64,000 nt of DNA from Octopus vulgaris (GCA_951406725.2 OX597838.1:10788001-10852000), one strand, 5' to 3'. Shown: positions 37,245 to 50,454, counted from the stretch's first letter. The notes: a model not told the origin generated them from the letters alone. A program made the numbers and translations.

Positions 37245-37595
37245 ATGGTTGACCATTCTTGCTCACAACATCATAAGCGGAAAGTGTAACCTCTCGAAAG
37301 AGCTGTTCTTCACTCCTGCTCCAGAGCGTTGGCTGCGGGGTCATTCCAAAAGCTCTATCTGTGACGATTTCATCTCAATTGAAGGAGAGGGGCTTTCCCC
37401 GTCTGGGTTGTGGATCCGTGGAATAAGCTGCCGGACGAGATAGTGAAGATGCCGACGACCGCTCGGTTCAAAGTCTCCCTTGACCACAAGTGGCCTGAAC
37501 TCTTTACATGAACACCCTCCATGTACATAACTCCATGTCCCCCTACATGGCCTTGCTTTTTGCTTTTTGAGCCAAAAAATTAACTAACTAACATA
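37245..37595 (+). mobile_element. CR1-clade LINE 3' fragment
   Basis: Frameshifted peptide 'LRGHSK....RFHLN.RRGAFPVWVVDPWNKLPDEIVKMPTTARFKVSLDHKW' is a typical CR1 ORF2 C-terminus; (taac)n tail. Confidence 0.8.
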
Positions 37596-38408
37596 CTTCA
37601 AGCATATTTGAACCGGTAACAAGTTTGTATTTAAACGCATCACTACTTAGCACTGTCACCCCCATAAAATTATGACATGTTTAAAAATGAAAGCAGCTGT
37701 GTGTGTGTGTGTGTATGTGCATGAATGTGTGTGTACGTGCATGAATGTGTGTGTCCCCTAGGCTGTGCCTTTGATTTGCTATTCATTTGTAACTACATAA
37801 CGCAAAAATTCTCATTAGTGAATTCAGATATAAAACTAAAGAAGACACACGAACACACAGTACGATGATAATAATAATAATAATAATAATAATGATGATG
37901 ATGATGGTAATAATAATAATAATAATAATAATGATGATGATGATGGTGATGGTAATAGAATTGGCTGTGATAATGGTGGCACAGAAGGCATGGTGGCGAA
38001 GATGGCGGTGGTGGGGGTGTTTCAAATTTCATTCTAACAGATGGTTGTCTTCCATAGTATTGATTATCAACAATCAATAAAGCTAATTAATTACATCAAC
38101 TGTAAGGCTGATCAACCAACCTAGTCTACTTTTATTTTTTTTTTTTTTTTATTTTTTTTTATATTTTATTTTTTTTTTATATATACACAAGAACTTGTTA
38201 CACATCAGACACCAATGCCAAAAGCAGTAAAACTAGAGTAGCAGAAGCAGTTGTTGTTGTTGTTGTTGCTGTTGTCTTACAAATTTATTTGAGAAATAAT
38301 ATTAAAAACAAAAAAAACAAACAACCAAAACAAATCTTGTTGAAGTCAAGGACTTGATAAGGTTTTCTTATATAAATATATATACATATATATAATATAT
38401 ATATATAT

Positions 38409-38459
<51 letters not shown>

Positions 38460-39102
38460 CACACACACATACACATATACATACAAACACATACATATTT
38501 ATTTACATACATACATTTATATACATATTCATACATCTTTATAGGCATACACACATGCACACACACACATACATACATATATATATATATACATAAATAT
38601 ACATACATATAAACATGTATAAATATACATACATACACACACACATCTACAAACATATATACACATACACACACACACATATATAATCTACAGACATATA
38701 TATATATACATACATATATCTACAGACATATACATACATGCATGTAAGTGTCTGTGCATATACACGAAGAGGGAGGATAAGAGAGTGGCGAGGAAGAGAA
38801 GGAGGAAATACTCCTTCCTGGAAAGGAAATTGAAACATATACAAGGAAAATCTTGTTAAATTTCGATAAAAGACAATGCCAGGAAAATGGTAAGAACAAA
38901 GGAAAAGAGGAAATAAATAAAGGTGGGGTGGGTGGGAATGGGTACAAAACTAAAATAGCTATAATATAATCAGTCCAGTAAGTAGTTTGTCTTTAAAGTA
39001 CGTGTGCATGTCCAGGGTGTCCGAGTGCATCTGTTTATTAAAGATGCAGAGAGAACAAATCTATTGTTATGTGTCTGTTGAGAATGTTGGATTGGTAGAA
39101 CC

Positions 39103-39513
39103 TATTTCTTTATTACCCACAAGGGGCTAAACACAGAGCGGACAAACAAGGACAGACAAATGGAATAAGTCGATTATATCGACCCCAGTGCGTAACTGGT
39201 ACTTTATTTATCGACCCCGAAAGGATGAAAGGCAAAGTCGACCTCGGCGGAATTTGAACCCAGAACGTAGCGGCAGACGAAATACCTATTTCTTTACTAC
39301 CCACAAGGGGCTAAACACAGAGAGGACAAACAAGGACAGACATAGGTATTAAGTCGATTACATCGACCCCAGTGCGTAACTGGTACTTAATTTATCGACC
39401 CCGAAAGGAGGAAAGGCAAAGTCGACCTCGGCGGAATTTGAACTCATAACTTAACGCAGACGAAATACCGCTAAGCATTTCGCCCGGCGTACTAACGTTT
39501 CTGCCAGCTCGCC
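39103..39513 (-). mobile_element. Tandem (dimeric) Meta-like SINE with 16-bp TSD
   Basis: TSD ttggattggtagaacc at 39087-39102 and 39514-39529; two units joined at cgaaatacc. Confidence 0.9.
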
Positions 39514-40193
39514 TTGGATTGGTAGAACCATTAGGGGACTGGAGAAAATGTTTTGTTCGATTTGTTTTCATTCTTTACATTCTGAGTTCAAATCCTATAT
39601 TGGCCATTGGTCAACTTTGTCTTTCATCCTTCATGGGTCCATAGATTAAAACACCAGTCCAGGTGAGTGGATTAGTAGAGTCAAAACAAATGCCTTGTGG
39701 TATTTGTTTTGGATCTTTACATTATGAGTTTGAATCCCAATGAGGTCAACTTTGCCATTCATCCCTTTAGGATCAATAAAGTAGAAGAGTCTTGTAAAGG
39801 AAAGTCTTAATTGGGGGAGTCATGTATGGGGAAGTCTTGTATGTATGAGTCTTCTATGGAGGAATCTTGTATGTGAGAGATTTGTATGGGAGGAATCTTG
39901 AATGGGAAGAGTCTTGTACAGATGAGTTTAGCGTAAATACTATGAAAACCCAGAGAATTCCAACCTGATAAACCCAAAACTTCAAGGGAGACATTTTACA
40001 CACTTTACATTGTAGACACCACTCTTTCAACGATAGCTCAACTTGATAGAGACAAAAAAAAAAAAAACCAAAACACCCAACAACTTTTCTCCTACAAAAA
40101 TAAAGGAAGACATATTTGATATTTTAGTTCTTGATGTACTAAGCTTGAAAATAAAAGGTGAGGGGCATGGTTATAAAGTCACAACAACAACAT

Positions 40194-40595
40194 TTCTCTT
40201 TTACTTGTTTCAGTCATTTGACTGCGGCCATGCTGGAGCACCGCTTTTAGTCGAGCAAATCGACCCCGGGATTTATTCTTTGTAAGCCCAGTACTTATTC
40301 TATCGGTCTCTTATGCCGAACCGCTAAGTGACGGGGACGTAAACACACCAGCATCGGTTGTCAAGCAATGCTAGGGGGACAAACACAAACACATACACAC
40401 ACACATATATATATATATACATACATATATACGACAGGCTTCTTTCAGTTTCCGTCTACCAAATCCACTCACAAGGCATTGGTCGGCCCGGGGCTATAGC
40501 AGAAGACACTTGCCCAAGGTGCCACGCAGTGGGACTGAACCCGGAATCATGTGGTTGGTAAGCAAGCTACTTACCATACAGCCACTCCTGCACCT
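40194..40595 (-). mobile_element. Full-length CORE-like SINE
   Basis: Family match to 30925-31333. Confidence 0.9.
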
Positions 40596-40807
40596 ATTAA
40601 CTTTTTTTTTATCTGAAAGAAGTGGCCCAGGATAGAACTGACTGGAAGACACTGATCCATCGAGTAACCGAGAGTCGACTTCGACTGAGCGGATAGATGG
40701 AGAGATGGTTCATAAAACATACAGAATCACTGCAGTTCGTCAATAAAAATCTAATATGGACGAATATTTCATTAGTTGAAAGAGAACAAAATAATGAGTA
40801 GACTTAC

Positions 40808-40933
40808 CTGTTCCTTTATCAAAATTAGAATAATCTGTGAGCCCCAAAAGCTTTGAATGAGAATCTTCATCTACTTCTTCAATATCTCCAAGATCAATCA
40901 ATGAGTCAAGGTTTGAAAATGGTACTTTATCAT
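40808..40933 (-). CDS. RIMBP2: RIM-binding protein exon (acidic linker): DDKVPFSNLDSLIDLGDIEEVDEDSHSKLLGLTDYSNFDKGT
   Basis: Acceptor ttccag, donor GTAAGT; 126 nt, phase 1-1, in frame with the FN3-1 exon. Confidence 0.8.
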
Positions 40934-41559
40934 CTGGAAATAGAACTAAGAATGAAAACAAAAAATTTTTTAAAAATCTGAACACATACATAAATGTATA
41001 TATATATATATTTTTATTTAAAAAAATTTTTTTTATCTAGAACTGCTCACAAGCTGTGGCCATGCTGGGGCACCGCCATTTAAAAATATGAGGTCTCTTT
41101 TATTCGTTCTAGTCATTTGACAGTGGCCATGCTGGAAATTGACCCCAGGACTTATTCTTTATAAGCCTAGTACTTATTCTATCAGTCTCTTTTTGCCAAA
41201 CTGCCAGGTCACGGAGACATAAATAGACCAGCATCGGTTGTCAAGAAGCACACACACACACACACATATATGACAGGCTTCTTTCAGTTTCCAACTACCA
41301 AATCTACTCACAAGGCTTTGGTTGGCCAGAGGCTATAGCAGAAGGCACCTGCTCAAGGTGTCATGCAGTGGGACTGAACCCGGAACCATGTGGTTGGTAA
41401 ACAAGCTACTTACCACACAGCCACTCCATATACACACATACATATATAGTCATACACAGATATGTATACATATGCATTTATAGATATACTAACAGACACA
41501 CAGATACGCACACAGACAAACTGCCGTTTATATATAGAGAGATGTGCTTATACATATAC

Positions 41560-41595
<36 letters not shown>

Positions 41596-42122
41596 ATAGG
41601 CATGTTTTTGTTTGAGTGCAAGGAAATAAATAATTTTGTGGAGAAAATAGATTATGCGATGTCTGAACATAAATTTTTATATCAGATTCAATAAGTAAAA
41701 ATAATTATTGGAATGTAAGATGAAGTTAATCCCTAAAGCAGGTTAAACAATGTAACTTGGTGATGTTTCAAGTCATGGCAGATACTGGTGCCATGCAAAT
41801 GGCATCCATTATACTCTTGGAGTGGTTGGCATTAGGAAGGGCATCCAGCCAAAGAAACCATGCCAAATCTGACTAGGGTCTGGTACAGCCTTCCAGCCCT
41901 GGTCAAAACGTCCAACCCATTCCAGCATGGAAACACAGACATTGAATAATGATGATGATGATGATCCCTCCACCCATCTCTATCTTCTGCCTCTCATACT
42001 CTGTCTCTCATCTTTAGGCCTCTCCACTTCTTCTCCCACCTCTTTCTCTGCCTCTGCTACTTCCGACTGTTCCCTGAAGGATTGTTTTGGCTCAGTCCAA
42101 CTTAGATTACAAAAACGAGGAA

Positions 42123-42353
42123 TACCTATTTCTTTATTACCCACAAGGGGCTAAACACAGAGGGGACAAACAAGGACAGACATAGGTATTAAGTCGATTA
42201 CATCGACCCCAGTGCGTAACTGGTACTTAATTTATCGACCCCGAAAGGATGAAAGGCAAAGTTGACCTCAGCGGAATTTGAACTCAGAACGTAATGCAGA
42301 CGAAATACCGCTAAGCATTTTGCCTGGCATGCTAACGTTTCTGCCAGCTCGCC
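42123..42353 (-). mobile_element. Meta-like SINE
   Basis: Reverse complement of 27547-27771. Confidence 0.88.
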
Positions 42354-42814
42354 ACCTGGAATACTTGCACTGAAAAGGGTCAGCATTGTTACATTTTGTA
42401 TCATGCAGGATCTCCCTAAGAACTATATTAAGGGTGCAAATGTCTGTGCAGTGCTCAGTCACTTGCACAATAATTTCACGAGCAGGCTGTTCCATTGATT
42501 GGATTGACTGAAACCTTGTGGTCACAACTGACCAAATGACAGTTAGAGTGTCGGCATAAACAGATAATAATGACTTGGAGGGGAAAAAAAAAATTCTCAT
42601 GGACACTACAGCACTAAACTTTAAGAATAAAGTGGAAGTTAGTGTACAGAAGTATATAAAGTTATTAGTGTCATATAAACATCTACAAACATAACTCCAT
42701 GAATAATCGCATAGACATGTATAGATACTGAAGTGTCACATATACACTTAGAAAAATACATGCATGAATAAACAGAGACACAGATATAAAAACTTCATGC
42801 TGTTTAAATCCTCA

Positions 42815-43425
42815 TTAAAATAAACCTATTTTGATGTATTTTGGGAGGGTCATTATGCCAATAACAAACACACACATGCATCGGTTGTATTTCACTTCTT
42901 TATTATTTATTTGTCAATTGGTTAATTATCTAACCAATTAACTAATACACTATTTGATTGGCTAATTTCTTGGTTAATCAATTGATCAGTTTGGTTTGTC
43001 AAAGTCCTTTCATCACCATTTGCAATGAAATTATCTATGTAGCTGCTTACTGTGTTAAAAATAGCAGCCAAATCTCCCTCTAAATGCACATTACCACTGG
43101 AAAAGTAGAACGATTACACCAGACAGTGATTAAAATAAACTTTTTATACTTTGATGTATCTTGGGAAGGTTATTATGCCAACAATAAACACACACTGGTT
43201 CTATTTCACTTTTTTATTATTTATTTGTCAATAGGTCAACTGTTTAACCAATTAACTAATAAATTGATTGGTTAATTGTTTGGTTAATCAATCAATCAAT
43301 TTGGTTTGTCATCACTATTTGCAATGAAATGATTATTTCAGTGATCGAAGAAGAGACGACCCTCTATGTAACAGCTCACTGTGTTAAAAATGGCAACCAA
43401 ATCTCCCTCTAATTGCACTCTAGCA
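42815..43425. repeat. Degenerate tandem duplication (~315-bp unit x2)
   Basis: ttaaaataaac...tttgatgtat..tggga.ggt.attatgccaa...ctgtgttaaaaat.gca.ccaaatctccctctaa repeated. Confidence 0.85.
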
Positions 43426-44409
43426 TTGCAAAAGCAGAAAGAGTACACGGAACAATGCAAGTGTAGATACAATATGTCCAAAATTAAGATGTGATGGTCA
43501 CAGAGGGAATGGTTTTTATCGTGGGTTTGCTTGATCGAATGCTGATCTTAGACTGACCACCATCTACAGCAGCAACAACAACAGCAGCAGCAGCCACCAA
43601 CTTGATTTTATAACCCAGCACTAGGATATGGTTGGGTTACCGACAAAGGGACTGAATTCTCAATCTCTTTGACTGTAAGATCGTCAAAAGGGTGTAAAAT
43701 GAGAAGTGGTGTCAGCATCACTGAGAATGATACTGATGAAGACTATGTGTTTTCACTGAAAGATGAGGTGTTGGGGAGAAGGAAAAGATGCTTCTGAAGA
43801 AAAAAGACCACATCTGGGTCATGACTCCTGGGTGTCCTGCTGACACGTTTTAGCCACTTGGATATTGGAGACTTGATCATTTAAACTTCCTGGAGATTTC
43901 ATCGAGTTGTAACTGCTATCTGTTGATTCAGTTTTCAAACTTACACTTAACGAAGAAATAACTTTGGTTGCCATGGTAGCCGTGAAACGTCAATGCTATC
44001 ACAATGACTTAGAGTTACTTCCCTTAGTATTAAACTACAAAAATATTTTCTACTCTAGGCACAAGGCCTGAAAGTTTGGGGGAGGGGGCAAGTCGATTAG
44101 ATCAACCCCGGTATGCAACTGGTACTTAATTTATCGACCCTGAAAGGATGAAAGGCAAAGTCAACCTTGACAGAATTTGAACTCAGAACATAAAGCCAGA
44201 AGAAATACTAAGCATTTCGCCTGGCATGCTAACGTTTCTGCCAGCTTGCTGCCTTAAAATGCAAAAATATTGCCTTCAAATAGTATGGAGGTGGTTTTGA
44301 TTCCTCCTTGACCACATACAGATATTTTAGCTACAGGAATGTTACTTTTATTTCAGATAACTTGTCCTAGAATTCAGAGCTGACTAAAATGTCTTCTTCC
44401 TCACAAAGA

Positions 44410-44735
44410 TCATCATCATTTAGCGTCCGTTTTCCATGCTAGCATGGGTTGGACGGTTCAACTGGGGTCTGTGAAGCCAGAAGGCTGCATCAGGCCCAGT
44501 CTGATCTGGCAGTGTTTCTACAGCTGGATGCCCTTCCTAACGCCAACCACTCTGTGAGTTTAGTGGGTGCTTTTTATGTGCCACCTGCACAGGTGCCAGA
44601 TGGTGCTGGCAAACGGCCATGAACGGATGGTGCTTTTGCGTGCCACCGGCGAGGCTGGCAACAGACACGAACGGATGGTGCTTTTACGTGCCACCGGCAC
44701 GGAGGCGAGTCGGGGCGGCGCTGGCAACGGCCAAC
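44410..44735 (-). mobile_element. RTE 3'-tail element
   Basis: Matches 285-560. Confidence 0.88.
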
Positions 44736-45416
44736 GGAATGAAATCGATCAACAATATTTTGGTATTAGCGGAAGAAATTCTTTTAATGGCATTACGCTT
44801 AATGCCTTCAAATGGAACACACTATTTCTCATGATTCAGAAGATAAGATCATGATATACTTCCAAGATCAAATATAACCCCAAATAGTCAAACAAAAAAA
44901 TATTTCTAAAATTACTTGTCACCATCAGCTACTCCCTTCCTGGACCTGCTTCGAGGTCCTGAGATGCAGATCTTTTGTGCTCCCACCCAGCATCTCCCAG
45001 AAAAAATTGCAAGCTGTAGGGTGGATACTGCAATATATTTTTTTTGAATGGATTCTTTATCTAAGATCCAAACATTTCCCTTGTTAACCCATAAGACAGA
45101 CAAAGCAGCATGTTTATTCTTTCAAACTCCTTTCATATCGCAGTTTTTGTTGGTCCTCTTTGTGTCTAGCATCAAGCTGCTATTTACATTTGACTTGTGA
45201 CTTGAAAAGCCTAATGATGACTTCCTCCGATAGGACTCTATGGAGAGGGTGCTTGTGGGTTCTACCCCTTAGGGAATAGCGGGTAGAGAAGATCCATGGA
45301 CGGACTTGTCACTTTTTCTGGTATGAATTAGAGATATAAAAACAACAATTAATTTTCTAAATCAACCATGAACTCTGCATTAGTAGCAGACCAACAGAAA
45401 ATATACATTTCTTAAT

Positions 45417-45860
45417 CTGATGCCAGTATAGTCTGCCTTTGGCTCAAAGTATAACAATATTGGCATTGTGGTGAATTCCCTGCAGCACCGTCATAAAATA
45501 TAAAGTAGCTGTCAAGACAAGCAAACATCAGAGTATTTGCAAAGCTACAAAAATTACCAATTTTTTTTTTGTTACTTTGATGTCATCTTAGTCTGCTTCT
45601 GGCTTGAAGTATGACAATGTTGGCATTGTGGTAAATTCCTTGAGCACCGTCATGAAATATAAAGTGGTTGTCAAGACGAGAGTTCATCAGAGTGTTAGCA
45701 AAACTACAAATCATACATTTTTTTTTTTTTTTTTTTACTCTGATGTCATCTTAGCCTGCCTTTGTGTCAATGTACAATGATATTGGCATTGCAGTAAATT
45801 CCTGGAATGTGAAGCAGCAGTCAAGAGAAGAGGCTTTCAGAGTGTCTAACAGCAAAGTCT
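45417..45860. repeat. Degenerate ~162-bp tandem repeat, ~2.7 copies
   Basis: gatg.ca...tag.ctgc.t.tgg...caat.ttggcattg.ggt.aattcc units separated by poly-T. Confidence 0.85.
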
Positions 45861-46400
45861 TAAAGAACCCAAGATAAATAAAAGAATGGCCATTTGGCAT
45901 CGTTGTAACTGCATAGCTCTGGTTCCTATGCACATTTATTCTCCCAAGGGAGTCAAGGGCAAGGGAATTGAAGTGTCGGACAGAACTGTTGCTTTCATGA
46001 TGCAGTCATGGCACTTGGTATTTACCGATAATTTAATCTAGTTATAGTCAACTAATCTGTAGTTACTTATCATTATTAACACAGAATAGAGAGCTGAATG
46101 TATGGCAGTGTTCTGTTCTCAGTGTTAATGGACATTAGTGCAAAGCTTACATAGATTGTATACAGATTAGTTGAAATGGTGAGAGAGAGAGAGGAGAGAC
46201 AAGGAGGAAGAGATAATGGCAATGGTCTGGACATGTCCTAAGGATAGAGGAGATGATGTTTGTTGAATACTAAAATGGCATAGAACAATATAAGGTTTAA
46301 GGTGGTTAGGGGAGTTGCAAGTGGGTAGGGTAGCTAGGTCAATAACAGACAAACTGATAGAGATATAGAGACAAATATATGCAGATAGACAGACACACAT

Positions 46401-46437
<37 letters not shown>

Positions 46438-46464
46438 CAGATAGATATTTGAATAGACATATAA

Positions 46465-46872
46465 ACTGGTACTTCATCGGTTACAATGACAAAGGTTCCA
46501 GTTGATATGATCAACAGGAAGAGCCTGCTTTCGAAATTTACATGCTAGTGGTTGAGCACTCCACAGGTACCCGTGCCCTTAATGTCAAAATAGCTATGAT
46601 TAATTCAAATCAATGGGAATCAATAAGCATTATGTTTGATTGAATAATCTGAACACTAAAGGGTTAATGTAGTTCTTGGGGAGATTTAGCGTGACACAAA
46701 ATGTGACAAGGCCGGCCCTTTGTAATACAGCTACTACTAATTTTTACCAGCTGAGTGGACTGGAGCAACGTGGAATAAAGTGTCTTGCTCAAGGACACAA
46801 TGCTCTGTTGGGAATCAAACTCATGACCTTACGATCATAAGCCGAATGCCCCTAACCACTAAGCCACATGCT
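46465..46872 (-). mobile_element. tRNA-derived SINE (V-like core) with internal insertion
   Basis: Head gcatgtggcttagtggttagg...gagtttgattccc, core ttgtgtccttgagcaagacacttt; tail related to 42360-42550. Confidence 0.65.
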
Positions 46873-47653
46873 TTCACCGATAAACATATAAATTGACATA
46901 TAAACAGACAGATGTATTGACGGACAGACAGACATATAAATTGATAAACAGATAACCAAACAAGCATTTAGATAAGCAGCCAGACGTACAGACAGATGAT
47001 CGGACAGAAGCAATATTCAAATGGCACTTGTGAAAGATTTCATGCAATTCCTGCTTCAAAAGTTTTACAAGAATAAAACAAACAAACAAACAAACACAAA
47101 AATATAAAAAGGAGATCAAATATTAAAAATTAAATAATTAAATTTTAAAAATTAAAACCAAAGCAATTTGTACAAAAACAGACATTCTGAAAGTGGGTGG
47201 GGGAGTAAGTGATATTGCTGGAGATTTCTGAAGTAAAAAAAAAAAAAAAAAAAAAAAATATTTAAAAAAATAAAACAAAAATATATTTAAAAAAAAAATT
47301 AATTAAATAGACAAACAAGATATTAAAACGAAGGAAAGTAAACAAAAGAAATTCATGCTGGTAATTACAATAAAAATAAATGAAAATAAAAAAAAAATTT
47401 CAGAATAACAAGAGGGTGTAATTAGAAAAAACAGAGGTAGAAGGTGAATGATACAATTATGAAAGGGTGAAAGAGTAATTTCATTTACTTTCAGGCAATA
47501 AATAAATAAATAATTAAATAAATAAATAATGGCCAAGACAATAAAAATCAAAATCAACTTAACCTGACAAAACAATTTATATTTTTTAAGGAAAGAAGAA
47601 AGATGTGTTTAGGAGAGAATTGACAGAGAAAATAATAAACACATGTATTCATA

Positions 47654-47700
<47 letters not shown>

Positions 47701-48759
47701 AACATGGGGTATGCTTTGTTTGGTGAAGGGTGAAATGTCAGATTCTTGCCCTGTAAAGATAATGATGAAGGAAGTGAAACAATGGCATCACTCTTGGCTT
47801 CTCACTAATGGTGACGAGGAAAAGGAGGAAGAAGTAAAAAAGGAGAAGAAAGAAGAGGAAGAGAAAAGAAAAAAAGAGAAAGAAAAGAAGAGAAACTCCA
47901 AGAGTTTTATAAGAAAGAAAAAAAAACACAAAAAAAGAAAACCACTCATCAATTTGTCAAATTTTCTAAAAGAAACAGAAAAAAATTTTTTTTTTAAAGA
48001 AATAAAAAATAAAATAAAAAAAAAGAAACATGAAAGAATGAAAAAATATTCTTTCAAGTTCTTGAAGAAAACAAAAAACAAAAAAAAACACAAAAAAAAC
48101 AACAAAAAACAAAAGTAAATAAATAAACAACCAAAAGGAATATTACTAATCTGAAGAATTTTGGTTTCAAATTTTCAAATAATTCCCAAATTCATTAGTC
48201 TCTAAGATATAGATTTTCATCAATGACTATCAATATTGATTTTGTGGCTGTGTGGTAAGAAGCTTACTTCCCAACCAGGTGGTTGTGGGTTCAGTCACAC
48301 TGCATGGCACCTTGGGCAAGTATCTTCTACTGCATGTATGCGTGTGAGGTAAATAGATCTCAGCTAGCTTCAGTTGTTCAATCAATTGTTTTATCTGGTC
48401 ATTGAATTAATGCTTAAGTGGTTGAGTATCCCACAGAAGTGTGTACCCTTAATATAATCCTTAGGCAGAATCAGCTTGAAGATGCTTACCTTTGAATTAC
48501 AGGTATAATTCATCTGACAGGCTTCGACACAATTTCCATGTAACTGGTTCTATTCACAAGGCTTGGGTTAATCGAAGGCTATGGTTAAAGACATTTGCCT
48601 AAAATTCCACTGTGGGATTGAACCCAGGATTGTCAGGCACACTCCTTAACCATTCAGCCATGTTGTTTTTATGTGTGTGTGTGTGTTCAGTGCTCATTCA
48701 TAACAAAATCTTCTACCTCTCTATTCAGTCTAAGACCTTGCAGTTACAGTTACACTTTG

Positions 48760-48800
48760 CTTTGTTGATGAGGCCTAATAAGACTGAAACATGTCCAGAG
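48760..48800 (+). ncRNA. Degenerate minimal hammerhead ribozyme motif
   Basis: CUUUG-UUGAUGA-GGCC-uaauaa-GACU-GAAAC-AU-GUC-CAGAG: stem I CUUUG/CAGAG, palindromic ACAUGU, GUC triplet; core C3 replaced by U. Confidence 0.5.
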
Positions 48801-49883
48801 TTGTCACCCATAAAGATCAAATTCCCTTCCAATAGCATTTGATACTTAATTACTTTAAATTACATTTTGGGATGATTTTCTCTTCTTTTTTTTTTTTTTT
48901 TTACCACAATTAGTCATTTACATATTTTGTTCTGGGCAGATTCGTTAAAAAAAATAAAAACAAAAGAAAAATGCTACCATTCTCATTATAACCCTATTCC
49001 TCATTATTATTATCATTGATTTGACTCAGGCTTGTTCTTATATCTGGTAGAGTCTATGTGGGTAGCAGGTATCCACAATCTCTCAATAGTGGCAAGCATT
49101 CTGCAGAAACTCTTCAGAGCATTCTATTCCAATCTCTTTCAACCATTCATCTATATCTTTGCTCACAATTCTCTGTACACCAATTACTATAGGCACAACC
49201 TTTACAATTTTCATATTCTAAATTCTTGCAGCTTCAAAATTCAAGGGAATTATTATTATCATTATCATCATTATTATATTTCAGCCCTTGTGGCCAATAA
49301 AGAAATCATCATCATTATTATTATTATTGTAATCATTATCATTATTATTATTATCATTATTGTTGTTATTGTCATTATTATTATTTATTATTATTATTAT
49401 TATTATTTTTGTTATCATCATCATTATTATTGTTATCATTATTACTATTGTTGTTATTATTATTATTACTGTTATTATTATCATTATTATTGCATAGTTT
49501 CACAGCATAACCATAAATAGGCCAGTGTGCCTTGGCTATGCATATTGTTACATTTCTGTATTTTCTTTTGTGTGTGTGTGTGTGTGGGTGGGTGGGTGTA
49601 GTACCAAGTGACTTTATTTTCCCGTTTTTTTCTTACCTTTCATTAGTCTTACCATTTTCCAGTCTTATTCTTATCGTTTGCCATACACAATCAACTCTGT
49701 ACAAAATCTCAAAGTAAGCGTAATATTCCTGTATCCACCTCCCCCATGGCAAATAAAAGATATTGCCACATTAACATCATCATTATAACATGGTTGTTTA
49801 TATTTGTATCCTTATAGACATGGATATATAATAACCGTTATTTTTTCATTGGTACGAATCAAGAAGAATGGAATTAAATTCAC

Positions 49884-50033
49884 CTGGAGGTTTCATTATT
49901 GCTGATAATTTCTCTGATTCATCGCTGCTATTGAAATCCAGGTCTGGCTGTGTACTGAGGCCGCTGAGGACACTCTCATCGGAGTGGTGCCCCGAGGCAA
50001 CCAAGATGGAAGAAAAGTCAATCAAGTCTACAT
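49884..50033 (-). CDS. RIMBP2: RIM-binding protein exon (linker upstream of FN3 repeats): DVDLIDFSSILVASGHHSDESVLSGLSTQPDLDFNSSDESEKLSAIMKPP
   Basis: Polypyrimidine acceptor (cttctctcctcag) and GTGAAT donor; 150 nt, phase 1-1, open and in frame with the downstream exons. No recognisable domain, so assignment rests on position and phase. Confidence 0.65.
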
Positions 50034-50454
50034 CTGAGGAGAGAAGCAAGTTTAAAACCACACCGTTAAATTCTAAACAACTGAAACAACCAAAACACAA
50101 CAGACATGTTGCCTTGTACGAAGAAGTCTAAAAAAAAATCTTATTCCATCTCTGATTTACAAATGGGAGAGAGAGCAAAAGAATACAGACACAAATTGTG
50201 CATATTCTTCTTTTATTGCGTTCTTGTTTAAATTATGAAGAAGAAGAAGAAGAAGTAAGAAGAAGAAGAAAGAAAAAAACCATGATTTAATTGATAAACG
50301 AAATATACTTCAATATTGAAACAACTTTATCAAAGGTATTATTAAAGTCTTGATAGATTTTGTGAAAAATATAAAGAAAAGGAATGAATTTGTATTCAAG
50401 ATTGGAGACGAGTAATGCAATGTTGCCAGATATTTCTCAAGAAGTATGTGCTTA

